From positions 1,440,001 to 1,504,000 of the forward strand of contig OY759746.1 of the NCBI GenBank assembly GCA_963662795.1: a DNA stretch of 64,000 nt, in the 5' to 3' direction. This DNA comes from Spirochaetia bacterium. GTDB taxonomy: Bacteria; Spirochaetota; Spirochaetia; CADAEX01. Within the stretch, counting starts at the first letter, position 1. Each line of letters opens with the position of its first letter. The notes under the pieces were generated by a model. The model saw only the letters and a program-made list of their open reading frames with translations, had not been told where the DNA came from and searched no databases. This document shows positions 1-10,175 of the stretch, piece after piece. Made by a program: the position numbers and the translations under genes.

Positions 1-1
1 G

Positions 2-610
2 TTAAGAATAATTAAAGAAAATGAAAAAGATATTTATGATAAAAAATTTTCGTTTTTAGATTTTACTAAAAAAATTATATTAGTAACTGGGCATAGACGA
101 GAGAGTTTTGGAATACCTTTTGAAAACATGTGTAATGCAATAAAAGATATTGCTTTACTTAATCCAAATATACAAATAGTATATCCAGTTCATTTAAATC
201 CTAATGTTCGTAAACCTGTTAATAAAATACTAGCTGGGCTTTTCAATGTCTTCCTAATTGAACCAATTGATTATTCATATTTTGTTTGGCTAATGGAAAA
301 ATCATATTTAATATTGACTGATTCTGGTGGTATTCAAGAAGAAGCACCAACTCTTGGTAAACCAGTATTGGTAATGCGTGATGTAACAGAAAGAATGGAA
401 GGTGTTGAAGCTGGAGTTGCAAAGTTAGTTGGATCAGACCGGAAAAAAATTGTAGATAATGTACAGTCATTAATAAGTGACTACGAATTATATTTAAAAA
501 TGAGTAAATGTGATAATCCTTATGGTGATGGTACAGCCTCAATTCAAATTATTAAAATTATTGAGGACTTATTATTTAAAAATAATAAAGATAGAATGGA
601 TGGAAAATGA
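2..610 (+). CDS. wecB: UDP-N-acetylglucosamine 2-epimerase (non-hydrolysing), 5'-truncated by the window edge
   Basis: Frame is open from base 2 (…ILVTGHRRESFG…); motifs YPVHLNPNV, TDSGGIQEEAP, NPYGDG. Confidence 0.93.
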   Translation, partial: LRIIKENEKDIYDKKFSFLDFTKKIILVTGHRRESFGIPFENMCNAIKDIALLNPNIQIVYPVHLNPNVRKPVNKILAGLFNVFLIEPIDYSYFVWLMEKSYLILTDSGGIQEEAPTLGKPVLVMRDVTERMEGVEAGVAKLVGSDRKKIVDNVQSLISDYELYLKMSKCDNPYGDGTASIQIIKIIEDLLFKNNKDRMDGK

Positions 611-1782
611 AGATATTATTTATTGCAATGTCAGAAAGTATTCACACAGCACGTTGGATAAATCAGATAAAAAATAATGGGTGGAAGTTGTATTTATTCC
701 CTTCACAAATAACAAATAATGTTAATAGCAAAATTGATCATGTTGAGATTTGTATTCCTGCTTTTTTAAAAGATAGAAAAACTTATTTATCTAGAATAGT
801 TTTTAAAATATATAATGTTTTAAATCAAAAAATTAATCCTTATTATTATGAAAAACTTTTAGCTAAATATATTAAAAAAATTAAACCAGATATAATCCAT
901 ACTCTTGAAACACAAGCTGCTGGATATTTGGTGTATTCAACAAAAGAAAAGTACTTTAAAAATAGCTTATTCCCTTCTTGGTGGCATACTAATTGGGGGA
1001 GTGATATTTATCTTTTTGGTAGATTAAAAAAACACAAAGATAAAATAAAAGAGGTAATAGGAACTTGTGATTATTATTCATGTGAATGTAATAGAGATTT
1101 ATTACTCGCAAAATCTTTCGGATTTAGCAAGATTGCTTTTCCTGTTTATCCAAACACCGGTGGGTTTGATATTGATAAACTTATTGAATGTAAAAAAGAT
1201 ATTCTAAAAACTTCTAAGAGAAAGATTATTATGCTTAAGGGATATCAGGGCTGGGCTGGTCGTGCCTTAGTTGGGATTAGGGCCTTGTCACTAATAAAAG
1301 ATTATTTAAGTGGATATGAGTTGTTTATTTTTTCATGCGGTGAAGATTCTGTAGAAATTGCCGCAGAATTATTTGAGTGTGAATCAAAAATTAAAGCAAG
1401 TATTATACCTCCCGGAACATCACACGAAGGAATGCTTAAGTTTCATGGAAAAGCACGTATTTCTATTGGATTAAGTATCAGTGATTCAATTAGCACAAGT
1501 GTACTTGAAGCAATGGCTATGGGGTCTTTTCCAATACAGTCCTGGACTTCTGCAGCAGATGAATGGATTAAAGATGGAGAAAGTGGAATATTGGTTCCCC
1601 CGGAAGATCCTGATCAGATTGCCAAGGCTATTATAATAGCACTATCTGATGATGATCTTGTAGACAAAGCCGCAGAAAAAAACTGGGAAACAGTAAGGAA
1701 AAGACTTGATTATAACGACTTAAAACAGAAAACCATTAATTCATATAATCAGATATTTTCAGATAGAAAAAACAAAAACTAA
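607..1782 (+). CDS. Glycosyltransferase family 4 (GT-B)
   Basis: SIHTARW N-terminus, WGSDIY, C-terminal SVLEAMAMG and SGILVPPED. Confidence 0.85.
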   Translation: MKILFIAMSESIHTARWINQIKNNGWKLYLFPSQITNNVNSKIDHVEICIPAFLKDRKTYLSRIVFKIYNVLNQKINPYYYEKLLAKYIKKIKPDIIHTLETQAAGYLVYSTKEKYFKNSLFPSWWHTNWGSDIYLFGRLKKHKDKIKEVIGTCDYYSCECNRDLLLAKSFGFSKIAFPVYPNTGGFDIDKLIECKKDILKTSKRKIIMLKGYQGWAGRALVGIRALSLIKDYLSGYELFIFSCGEDSVEIAAELFECESKIKASIIPPGTSHEGMLKFHGKARISIGLSISDSISTSVLEAMAMGSFPIQSWTSAADEWIKDGESGILVPPEDPDQIAKAIIIALSDDDLVDKAAEKNWETVRKRLDYNDLKQKTINSYNQIFSDRKNKN

Positions 1783-1800
1783 ATTTAATATGGATAAAAA

Positions 1801-2688
1801 ATGAAAATCCTTATTTTAGGTATTACTGGAATGCTTGGTCATACTCTTTTTTTTTATTTAAATAAAAAAAAAGAGTATGACATCTATGCTACAATACGAA
1901 ATAAAGAAGAGATAAATAGATTTTTCCCAACAAATTTACACAATAAAATAATATCCGATATCAATGTATTTAATATTGAAACAGTTAAAGATATTATTAA
2001 AAACAATAAACCTGATGTAGTTATCAATTGTATTGGAATTATTAAGCAATTAAAAGAAGCTAAAAATTCGAAAATATCGATAACTATAAATTCTCTTTTT
2101 CCTCATCAGCTTGCAGAGATATGTGAAGTCAATAATTGCAGATTAATCCATATAAGTACAGATTGTGTTTTCAGTGGTAAAAAAGGCAATTACAAGGAAA
2201 GTGATTATGCAGATGCTGATGATCTCTACGGCAGAACAAAATATCTGGGTGAAATTGATTATAATAACTCTGTGACACTCCGTACATCAATAATTGGACA
2301 TGAATTAAAGCATGATGTTTCACTGGTTGACTGGTTTTTAGCACAAAATGGTAACGTAAATGGTTATACTAAAGCTATATATACAGGATTACCTACAATA
2401 GAATTCGCTGAAATTATTGATAAATATGTAATAACAAATCCAGATTTAAAAGGTATATTTCATGTCTCATCAAATCCTATATCCAAATATGATTTACTGC
2501 AGCTGGTAAAAAAAATATATAAAAAAAACATAACGATTATTCCTTATAACGATTTCAAAATTGACCGCTCTCTTGATTCCTGTAAATTTAATTCTACGAC
2601 CGGTTATAAAACTCCGTCTTGGGAAGAGCTTGTTTTAAAAATGTATAACAACTATCTTGAGAATAGATCACTTTATAAAAAACTCTGA
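1801..2688 (+). CDS. RmlD-like NAD(P)-dependent 4-reductase (WbvR/QnlA type)
   Basis: GITGMLG Rossmann motif, HISTDCVF, YGRTK catalytic motif; no cupin domain. Confidence 0.82.
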   Translation: MKILILGITGMLGHTLFFYLNKKKEYDIYATIRNKEEINRFFPTNLHNKIISDINVFNIETVKDIIKNNKPDVVINCIGIIKQLKEAKNSKISITINSLFPHQLAEICEVNNCRLIHISTDCVFSGKKGNYKESDYADADDLYGRTKYLGEIDYNNSVTLRTSIIGHELKHDVSLVDWFLAQNGNVNGYTKAIYTGLPTIEFAEIIDKYVITNPDLKGIFHVSSNPISKYDLLQLVKKIYKKNITIIPYNDFKIDRSLDSCKFNSTTGYKTPSWEELVLKMYNNYLENRSLYKKL

Positions 2689-2712
2689 TAAAATTATGAA
2701 GGTAAGATAAAA

Positions 2713-3738
2713 ATGTTTAAAGGGAAAACACTACTAATAACAGGGGGAACAGGTTCTTTTGGGAATGCTGTACTTAACAGATTTTTAAATACAGATATAA
2801 AAGAAATACGTATCTTCAGCCGGGATGAGAAAAAACAGGAAGATATGAGAATAAGATTAAATAATGAAAAACTTAAATTCTACATTGGTGATGTGAGGGA
2901 TTATAACAGTGTAAGTTTTGCTATGCCGGGTGTAGATTATATCTTTCACGCTGCTGCATTAAAACAGGTTCCGACCTGCGAATTTTTTCCTATGGAAGCT
3001 GTTCGTACCAACATTTTAGGGACTGAAAATGTTATAAATGCTGCAGTTGCAAATAGTGTAAAAAAAGTAATTGTATTAAGTACAGATAAGGCAGTATACC
3101 CGATAAATGCAATGGGTCTTACCAAAGCGCTGCTTGAAAAAGTAATGATCGCAAAATCACGAACTATTGCTTCTTCAGAAACAGTATTATGCGGAACAAG
3201 ATACGGTAATGTAATGGCCTCCCGCGGTTCTGTAATACCTCTTTTTATAAACCAGATATTTGAAAAAAAACCGTTAACAATAACAGATCCCAATATGACC
3301 CGCTACCTGATGTCCTTGAATGATGCGGTAGATCTTGTGTTATATGCTTTCAAACATGGAAAACAGGGCGATATGTTCGTGCAAAAATCACCTGCATCAA
3401 CCATAGGAGATCTTGCGAAAGCACTTATCCAGCTGTTTGATTCAGGTAGCCCGATAAATATAATCGGGACAAGACATGGCGAAAAACTTTATGAGACTTT
3501 AGTTACAAGGGAAGAAATGTCAAAAGCGCTTGATCTTGGTAATTACTATCGAATTCCGGCTGATAACAGGGACTTAAACTATAATAAATACTTTGTAGAA
3601 GGGGAAACAGAAGTTTCTGTTTGCAAAGACTATAATTCTGATAACACGCAGCGGCTTGATATAGACGGGGCAAAAAAACTTTTATTATCGCTTGATGAAG
3701 TTCAAATTGCAATAAAAGAGTTCAGGAATAATAAATGA
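2713..3738 (+). CDS. fnlA: UDP-GlcNAc 4,6-dehydratase/5-epimerase (FnlA/WbjB/CapE family)
   Basis: TGGTGSFG, FSRDEKKQ, HAAALKQVP, STDKAVYPINAMG, RYGNVMASRGSV, GTRHGEKLYE. Confidence 0.92.
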   Translation: MFKGKTLLITGGTGSFGNAVLNRFLNTDIKEIRIFSRDEKKQEDMRIRLNNEKLKFYIGDVRDYNSVSFAMPGVDYIFHAAALKQVPTCEFFPMEAVRTNILGTENVINAAVANSVKKVIVLSTDKAVYPINAMGLTKALLEKVMIAKSRTIASSETVLCGTRYGNVMASRGSVIPLFINQIFEKKPLTITDPNMTRYLMSLNDAVDLVLYAFKHGKQGDMFVQKSPASTIGDLAKALIQLFDSGSPINIIGTRHGEKLYETLVTREEMSKALDLGNYYRIPADNRDLNYNKYFVEGETEVSVCKDYNSDNTQRLDIDGAKKLLLSLDEVQIAIKEFRNNK

Positions 3739-4859
3739 AAGTATTAACAGTTGTTGGAACGCGGCCTGAAATTATAAGGCTTTCCCTTATAATAAAAAAG
3801 CTTGATAATTTTACTGATCATATACTGGTTCACACTGGGCAGAATTATGATTATGAACTTAATAAGATATTTTTTGATGAACTTGACATAAGAAAACCTG
3901 ATTATTTTCTTGAAGCTGCCGGTGAGACACTTGCAAAGACTATTGGTGCGATAATTGTTAAAATTGATGAAGTACTTGATAAAGAAAAACCTGATGGATT
4001 CCTTGTCCTTGGAGATACAAACAGTGCCTTATCAGTAATTCCAGCAAAAAGAAGAAAGATTCCAATATTCCATATGGAAGCTGGAAACAGATGCTATGAT
4101 CAAAGGGTACCGGAAGAAACCAACAGAAAAATAGTGGATCACACATCAGATATCAATATGCCTTATAGCTCGATTGCTCGTGAATATCTGCTTGCTGAAG
4201 GTTTTCCTGCTGAACAGATAATAAAAACAGGAAGTCCGATGTATGAGGTTTTGGATTACTATAGTGACAAAATTAAAGAATCTGATGTTATTGATAGGCT
4301 TAACCTGGAAAAAGAAAAATATTTTGTTATAAGCTCTCATCGTGAAGAAAATGTTGATGACAAAATCCGCCTTGAAAAAATAGGTGATATACTGAATGCT
4401 ATCAGCGAAAAGTATGGATTTCCTGTTATTTTTTCTACTCATCCGAGAACAAGAAAAAGACTTGATTCATATGGAATAATTTTAAATGATTTAATTAAAA
4501 CCTTAAAACCGCTTGGTTTTATAGATTATGTAAAATTACAGCAAAATGCTTATTGCGTTGTATCAGACAGCGGTACAATAACCGAAGAATCATCAATTCT
4601 GAATTTTCCTGCAATAAATCTTCGGGATTCGCATGAAAGACCTGAAGGTATGGAAGAGGGGACGGTTATCATGACAGGTTTAAGTAAGGAACGGGTTTTG
4701 GAATCAATTCCCGCTGCTGTTTCACAGGCAAAAAGTGAAAAAAGAACACTTGAAATAGTCCGTGACTATTATGCACCAAATGTTTCAGAAAAAGTTTTAA
4801 GAATTATTTTAAGCTATACAGATTATATCAACAGAAGAGTCTGGTATAAAAATGTCTGA
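3735..4859 (+). CDS. UDP-2-acetamido-2,6-dideoxyhexose 2-epimerase (FnlC/WbjD/QnlB family)
   Basis: VGTRPEIIRL, HTGQNYDYEL, HMEAGNRC, SDSGTITEE; directly follows fnlA. Confidence 0.88.
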   Translation: MKVLTVVGTRPEIIRLSLIIKKLDNFTDHILVHTGQNYDYELNKIFFDELDIRKPDYFLEAAGETLAKTIGAIIVKIDEVLDKEKPDGFLVLGDTNSALSVIPAKRRKIPIFHMEAGNRCYDQRVPEETNRKIVDHTSDINMPYSSIAREYLLAEGFPAEQIIKTGSPMYEVLDYYSDKIKESDVIDRLNLEKEKYFVISSHREENVDDKIRLEKIGDILNAISEKYGFPVIFSTHPRTRKRLDSYGIILNDLIKTLKPLGFIDYVKLQQNAYCVVSDSGTITEESSILNFPAINLRDSHERPEGMEEGTVIMTGLSKERVLESIPAAVSQAKSEKRTLEIVRDYYAPNVSEKVLRIILSYTDYINRRVWYKNV

Positions 4860-5871
4860 TAATTTTAATCCGCTGGTATCAATTGTTATCCCGGTTTATA
4901 ATGGTTCCAATTTTATGCGGGAGGCAATAGACAGCGCTCTTGCCCAGACATATAAAAACATTGAAGTACTAGTTATTAATGACGGATCAAATGATGAAGG
5001 AAAAACAAGGGAAATTGCTTTATCCTATGGTGATAAGATAAGATACTTTGAAAAAGAGAATGGTGGAGTTGCAACTGCGCTTAATTTTGGCATTAGGGAA
5101 ATGAAAGGAGATTATTTTTTATGGCTTAGTCATGATGATCTTATTGATAATAATCGTGTTGAAGAAGATATTAAAATGTTGCATGGATCAAATTATAAAA
5201 TAACATATTCAAAATTATTTATATTAAATGAAAAGAATAAAAATATTTATGAGGCTAAAAGATTATTAAATATAGTAACTTCACCATATGATACTATAGT
5301 AATGGCTGGTATTGGATTTTGTTCTATGACAATAAAAAAGGAGTGTTTTAAAAAAGTAGGATTTTTTAATGAAAACAACAAAACAATGCAGGATGTTGAA
5401 ATGGTTTTGCTTTTAGCAAAATATTTTATTTTTATACATAATAGCAAAACAAGCACCTATAATAGAAATCATTCTAATAGAGGAACTTATAAACAAAAAA
5501 ACCTACATAGCATTGAATCTCTTAAACTAGGTGATTTTGTAAAAAATACTTTTAGCATAAGTGAATTTTTTAATCTTGGAGAAATAAAGGATAAGAAAAA
5601 ATTAACATGGGCATATATGAAAATGGGAGGGATCTATAAATCTTTTAAATCATATAAAAATGCTAACGAGTGCTATAAAACTGCATATTGTATAAGTGGA
5701 AAAAAAATTAGTTTATCTTATATATATAGTATTGTTGGAGCTCAAAACCTAAATAATTTCCCGTTAAAATTAGGATATAGTATGTTTTTTATTATGAAAA
5801 AGAGTGTATTCCTTTGTCATAAATTATTATTATGGCCTAATAGGTTTATTAAAAAAGTAAAGAATGATTAG
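4852..5871 (+). CDS. Glycosyltransferase family 2
   Basis: VSIVIPVYNG, INDGS, NGGVATALN, WLSHDD. Confidence 0.9.
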   Translation: MSDNFNPLVSIVIPVYNGSNFMREAIDSALAQTYKNIEVLVINDGSNDEGKTREIALSYGDKIRYFEKENGGVATALNFGIREMKGDYFLWLSHDDLIDNNRVEEDIKMLHGSNYKITYSKLFILNEKNKNIYEAKRLLNIVTSPYDTIVMAGIGFCSMTIKKECFKKVGFFNENNKTMQDVEMVLLLAKYFIFIHNSKTSTYNRNHSNRGTYKQKNLHSIESLKLGDFVKNTFSISEFFNLGEIKDKKKLTWAYMKMGGIYKSFKSYKNANECYKTAYCISGKKISLSYIYSIVGAQNLNNFPLKLGYSMFFIMKKSVFLCHKLLLWPNRFIKKVKND

Positions 5872-5907
5872 AATAAAATATTAATAGTAATTATTAGGAA
5901 GATAATA

Positions 5908-6663
5908 ATGATAATATTGATAAATGGTTATGGAGATCATTGCAATAGGCTATTTCAAGCTATTCATGTAGAAGCATATTGTTTAAAAAATAATATAAAA
6001 TATTATAATCCCAGTTTTAGAAATATGTCAAAATATTATGGAATAAATAGTTCTAGTTTTGATTCAATTTTTTGTTTTCTTATTAAAGGGCTAAATAAAT
6101 TAAAAATTATTAAAATTTATGATATTGTTGATAAAGAAAAAAAAATATTATTTCTTCAAGGATGGCTTTTAAAGAATTATATACTATCAAAGGAATATAA
6201 AAAGTTTTTTAGCGATAAATATTTGCTATTACCTGAGTATTATCAAGATAATGATCTTTATAAAACTTTGATGAAAATAAAACATACAAATATTGTTATT
6301 GGAATTCATATACGGCGTGGTGATTACAAAGATTGGGAAAATGGTAAATACTATTACAGCGATGAAATTTATCAAAATATTATGAATAACTTTTCTCTAG
6401 AATTAAAAAAAACGGAAAAAAAAGAAATACAATACATAATATTTTCAAATGATATTGTTACAATAAAAGAAAATGAAAAAATAATTATTTCATATAATGA
6501 ATGGTATATTGACCAATTTCTTATGAGTATGTGTGACTATTTAATAGGACCACCAAGTACTTTTACATTATGGGCAAGTTATATTGGCAATGTTAAATAT
6601 TTTCACATAAAAGATAAAACAAGCACTATATCTAAAAATGATTTTAAAATTTGTGAAGGATAG
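5908..6663 (+). CDS. Alpha-1,2-fucosyltransferase-like glycosyltransferase (GT11)
   Basis: HIRRGDY motif and C-terminal MSMCDYLIGPPSTFTLWASY. Confidence 0.8.
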   Translation: MIILINGYGDHCNRLFQAIHVEAYCLKNNIKYYNPSFRNMSKYYGINSSSFDSIFCFLIKGLNKLKIIKIYDIVDKEKKILFLQGWLLKNYILSKEYKKFFSDKYLLLPEYYQDNDLYKTLMKIKHTNIVIGIHIRRGDYKDWENGKYYYSDEIYQNIMNNFSLELKKTEKKEIQYIIFSNDIVTIKENEKIIISYNEWYIDQFLMSMCDYLIGPPSTFTLWASYIGNVKYFHIKDKTSTISKNDFKICEG

Positions 6664-6702
6664 AGAATCGTATTTATTTCTTTATTAAAGGGGAAAGCAA
6701 TT

Positions 6703-7617
6703 TTGTATAATAAGCCGGTTCTTTTTTTAATTTTTAATAGGAAAGAAGAAACTTTAAAAGTTTTTGAAGTTATTAAAAAAATTAAACCAAAAAAATTATA
6801 TATTGCTAGCGATGGTTATCGATTAGATAGATCTGATGAAAAGTATATTGTCGAAGAATTAAGAAAAATTATTTCTGATGGAATTAATTGGAATTGTAAA
6901 TTAAAAACCTTGTTTCGAGAAAAAAATCTCGGTTGTAGAACTGCTGTTGAGGATGCAATTAATTGGTTTTTTGATAATGAAGAATCAGGAATCATATTAG
7001 AAGATGATTGTTTGCCTTCTTTAAGTTTTTTTAGATTCTGCGATGAACTTTTGGATTATTATAAAGAAGATGAAAGGATAATGTGTATAAGTGGTGATAA
7101 TTTTCAAAGAGGTATTATGAGAGGTAAATATACTTATTACTATTCCCAGTTACCTCATATATGGGGGTGGGCAACTTGGAAAAGAGCCTGGAAATTAAAT
7201 AAAAAGACTATTGAAAATTATAATGAGTTATGTAGAGAAAAAGTATTTAATAATTTAAGTCTTAAAAAAAGTATTAATCAAATGTGGTTTAAGAATATAA
7301 ATGAAACATTTAAGGGAAATATAATCGCTTGGGATTACATTTGGACATTAACAAATTTTATAAATTCAGGGTTAACAATAATTCCAAATAAAAATTTAGT
7401 AAAAAATATTGGTTTCGGAAAAAATGCTACTCATACATTAAACAAGATTAATAAATTAATTGTTGAACAAGAAGAACTTATATTTCCGTTAACACATCCT
7501 ATATCTATTTTATCAGACAAAAATGCTGATGAATTCACATATTGGCATAATTTTGATGTTAAACCATTATTTTTTAAAATAATAAGTAAATTGCTTCGAT
7601 TGCTTGGAATGAAATAA
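6703..7617 (+). CDS. GT-A nucleotide-diphospho-sugar transferase
   Basis: FLIFNR, NLGC, IILEDDC, WGWATWKRAW, NIGFG; TTG start. Confidence 0.8.
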   Translation: MYNKPVLFLIFNRKEETLKVFEVIKKIKPKKLYIASDGYRLDRSDEKYIVEELRKIISDGINWNCKLKTLFREKNLGCRTAVEDAINWFFDNEESGIILEDDCLPSLSFFRFCDELLDYYKEDERIMCISGDNFQRGIMRGKYTYYYSQLPHIWGWATWKRAWKLNKKTIENYNELCREKVFNNLSLKKSINQMWFKNINETFKGNIIAWDYIWTLTNFINSGLTIIPNKNLVKNIGFGKNATHTLNKINKLIVEQEELIFPLTHPISILSDKNADEFTYWHNFDVKPLFFKIISKLLRLLGMK

Positions 7618-7897
7618 ATTATTATTGTCTAAAATTACTGTAATAATCTTATTTATATTTAGCTTTATACTAAGTTTAGTTGAAAAATGTCCAATTTATT
7701 TTTAAAATAATTAGTGAAATCATTTTAATCAACGAAAAATAATATTTACTGAAATACTAAAATTATAAGTAGTAAAAAACGAAACCAACTTTAAATATGT
7801 ATTTCTCCTTCTCACAGAAGATATTATTTAAATATTATAAAGACTGTTTTAGATAATAATGTAAAAATGAAATTATTAAAACCATAAAGGATTTAAT

Positions 7898-8806
7898 ATG
7901 AATAGATGTCCGTTGTGTAGCTCATCTGAAATTGAAAATATTGAAATTATCAGAAAGAAAGATCTGTTGAAATTATATAATAAAATGGTTAAAAAAGATT
8001 TCAGTCATTTAGTAAAAACAAATATAGATTACTGTAAATGCTTAAAATGCGATTTGTTATATTTTTATCCTTTGGTATCAGGTGATGAATGTTTTTATAA
8101 TGCTCTCCAGAAATTCCCATGGTATTATGTGGATGATAAATATGAATATACAATGGCAAAAGATTTTATTTCTGAAAATGACAAAGTACTGGAAATTGGA
8201 AGCGGGAAAGGAGCCTTTTCGAAGTATGTAAAATCTAAATTGTATACGGGCCTTGATTTTAGTAAAAATGCTAAAAAACTAGCAGAATTAAATGGAATAA
8301 ATATTGAAAATGCAACAATCGAAGAACATGCTGAAATGTATCCAAATCATTACGACGTTGTTTTGAGTTTTCAAGTTATGGAACATGTTTCAAATATAAG
8401 AGAATTTATTCAATCGCAGATTAAAGCCTTAAAAGAAAATGGAAAATTAATAGTTGCTGTACCAAGTGAAGATTCTTTTTTAAAATATGTTACTAACGGA
8501 ATATTAAATATGCCGCCGCATCATGTTTCAAGATGGAGTGATAAAACATTAAAGTATTTAGCTGAAGAATTTAATTTAGAACTTATATGTTTATCGCACG
8601 AAAAACTACAGAAGATACATTTAGATTATTTTTTAAATACGCTGATTGCAAATATTTTTAAAACAAGAAAATTAATAGATTTAAGCATTTATAACACAAT
8701 TATTTCAAAATTAGCAAAAATCTTAACAAGGATAATAAGAAAGAAAATTTTCGAGGAAATGTATCCTGTTGGTCATACTGTAATAGCCGTTTATAATAAA
8801 AGATGA
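7898..8806 (+). CDS. Class I SAM-dependent methyltransferase with N-terminal Cys (Zn) motif
   Basis: CPLC…CLKC, LEIGSGKG, FQVMEHV, PPHH. Confidence 0.85.
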   Translation: MNRCPLCSSSEIENIEIIRKKDLLKLYNKMVKKDFSHLVKTNIDYCKCLKCDLLYFYPLVSGDECFYNALQKFPWYYVDDKYEYTMAKDFISENDKVLEIGSGKGAFSKYVKSKLYTGLDFSKNAKKLAELNGINIENATIEEHAEMYPNHYDVVLSFQVMEHVSNIREFIQSQIKALKENGKLIVAVPSEDSFLKYVTNGILNMPPHHVSRWSDKTLKYLAEEFNLELICLSHEKLQKIHLDYFLNTLIANIFKTRKLIDLSIYNTIISKLAKILTRIIRKKIFEEMYPVGHTVIAVYNKR

Positions 8807-10044
8807 AAATACTAATAATTAACACTTCTGATTTATATGGTGGTGCCGCAAGAGCAGCATATCGTCTTCATAGAGCATTAGTCAATGAGGGCGTAGATTG
8901 TAAGATGCTTGTACAGACAAAATTAGGTGGTGATTATACTGTTATATCTCCGTCATCTGTTTTTCAGAAGATATTTTCAAAATTCAGGCCGCACCTTGAT
9001 ACACTGCTTATTAAAAAAATATATAGAAATAAAACAGATACGCTCTTTTCACCTGCCTGGATTCCTTCTTTCGGTTTGATTGATCAAATAAATAAAATAA
9101 AACCGGATATTGTTCATCTACACTGGATTTGCGGTGGAATGATGCGGATCGAGGAATTAAAAAAAATAAATTCACCTATTGTCTGGAGTCTTCATGATAA
9201 TTGGGCTTTTACAGGCGGGTGTCATATAAAATGGGCCTGTGAAAAATATAGAGACCAGTGCGGTTCATGCCCAAGGCTTGGATCAAAAAATAGTAAAGAT
9301 ATCAGCAGAAGAATATTTAAAAGAAAAGAAAGAATATATTCAAAAATATCCAGTTTAACAATAATTGGTTTAAGCCGCTGGATAAATAAATGTTCCCAAA
9401 AAAGTAAATTATTTAAAAATAGTAACACTTACAATCTGCCAAATCCAATTGATACAGAAATATTTAGACCCTTTCACAAAAACAATTCAAGAGAACTTTG
9501 GAAATTCCCTGAAAATAAAAAAATTATTTTATTTGGCGCTCCTGTTGATGATATAAATAAAGGTTTCAAAGAATTATTTGAAGCTGTAAAATTATTAAAA
9601 ACAATGAATGTTGAAATTGTTATTTTTGGGAGCAGTATACCTGAAAACTTTCAAAGTCTGAATTTCAAATTTCATTTTTTAGGCTCTTTACTGGATGATA
9701 CAAGTTTAATCACACTATACAGCGCTGCAGATGTTTTTGTAGTACCTAGCTTGCAGGAAAATCTTTCCAATTCTATTATGGAATCACTCTCCTGTGGAAC
9801 TCCGGTTGTTGCATTTGATATTGGAGGGAACTCCGACATGATTGAACATGAAAAAAACGGGTACCTGGCAAAAGCATATTCAGCCGATGATTTGGCCTGT
9901 GGAATAGAATGGATTATAAATCATAACAATTATAATGAACTATCTTTAAATGCCAGGAAAAAAATTGTAGAAAATTTTGATAGTAAGATTGTCGCACATA
10001 AATATATAAAAATGTATAATGAAATATTAAATAAAATTAGATAA
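8803..10044 (+). CDS. Glycosyltransferase family 4 (WcaC-like)
   Basis: GGAARAAYRLH, LHDNWAFTGGCH, PSLQENL…ESLSCGTPVV. Confidence 0.9.
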   Translation: MKILIINTSDLYGGAARAAYRLHRALVNEGVDCKMLVQTKLGGDYTVISPSSVFQKIFSKFRPHLDTLLIKKIYRNKTDTLFSPAWIPSFGLIDQINKIKPDIVHLHWICGGMMRIEELKKINSPIVWSLHDNWAFTGGCHIKWACEKYRDQCGSCPRLGSKNSKDISRRIFKRKERIYSKISSLTIIGLSRWINKCSQKSKLFKNSNTYNLPNPIDTEIFRPFHKNNSRELWKFPENKKIILFGAPVDDINKGFKELFEAVKLLKTMNVEIVIFGSSIPENFQSLNFKFHFLGSLLDDTSLITLYSAADVFVVPSLQENLSNSIMESLSCGTPVVAFDIGGNSDMIEHEKNGYLAKAYSADDLACGIEWIINHNNYNELSLNARKKIVENFDSKIVAHKYIKMYNEILNKIR

Positions 10045-10175
10045 ATCAGATATAAGATTACAAACATTATTCTCATATTTAATGAAGAATTGCACTTGAA
10101 TTACAAGTAGATTCAAGATAAATACTGATATTAGTATTGGTGTGAAATTAATTTTAAAAAAAGGATTGAGTTAAA

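Noticed and set aside
6703-7617. 'Hemolytic protein HlpA' style annotation
   Set aside because: Motifs (EDD, WGWATW) and context indicate a GT-A glycosyltransferase.
7618-7897. 280-bp intergenic region with a weak echo (about 7690-7720) of the preceding gene's 3' end
   Set aside because: Extremely AT-rich, so the match may be chance; no ORF or clear structure.
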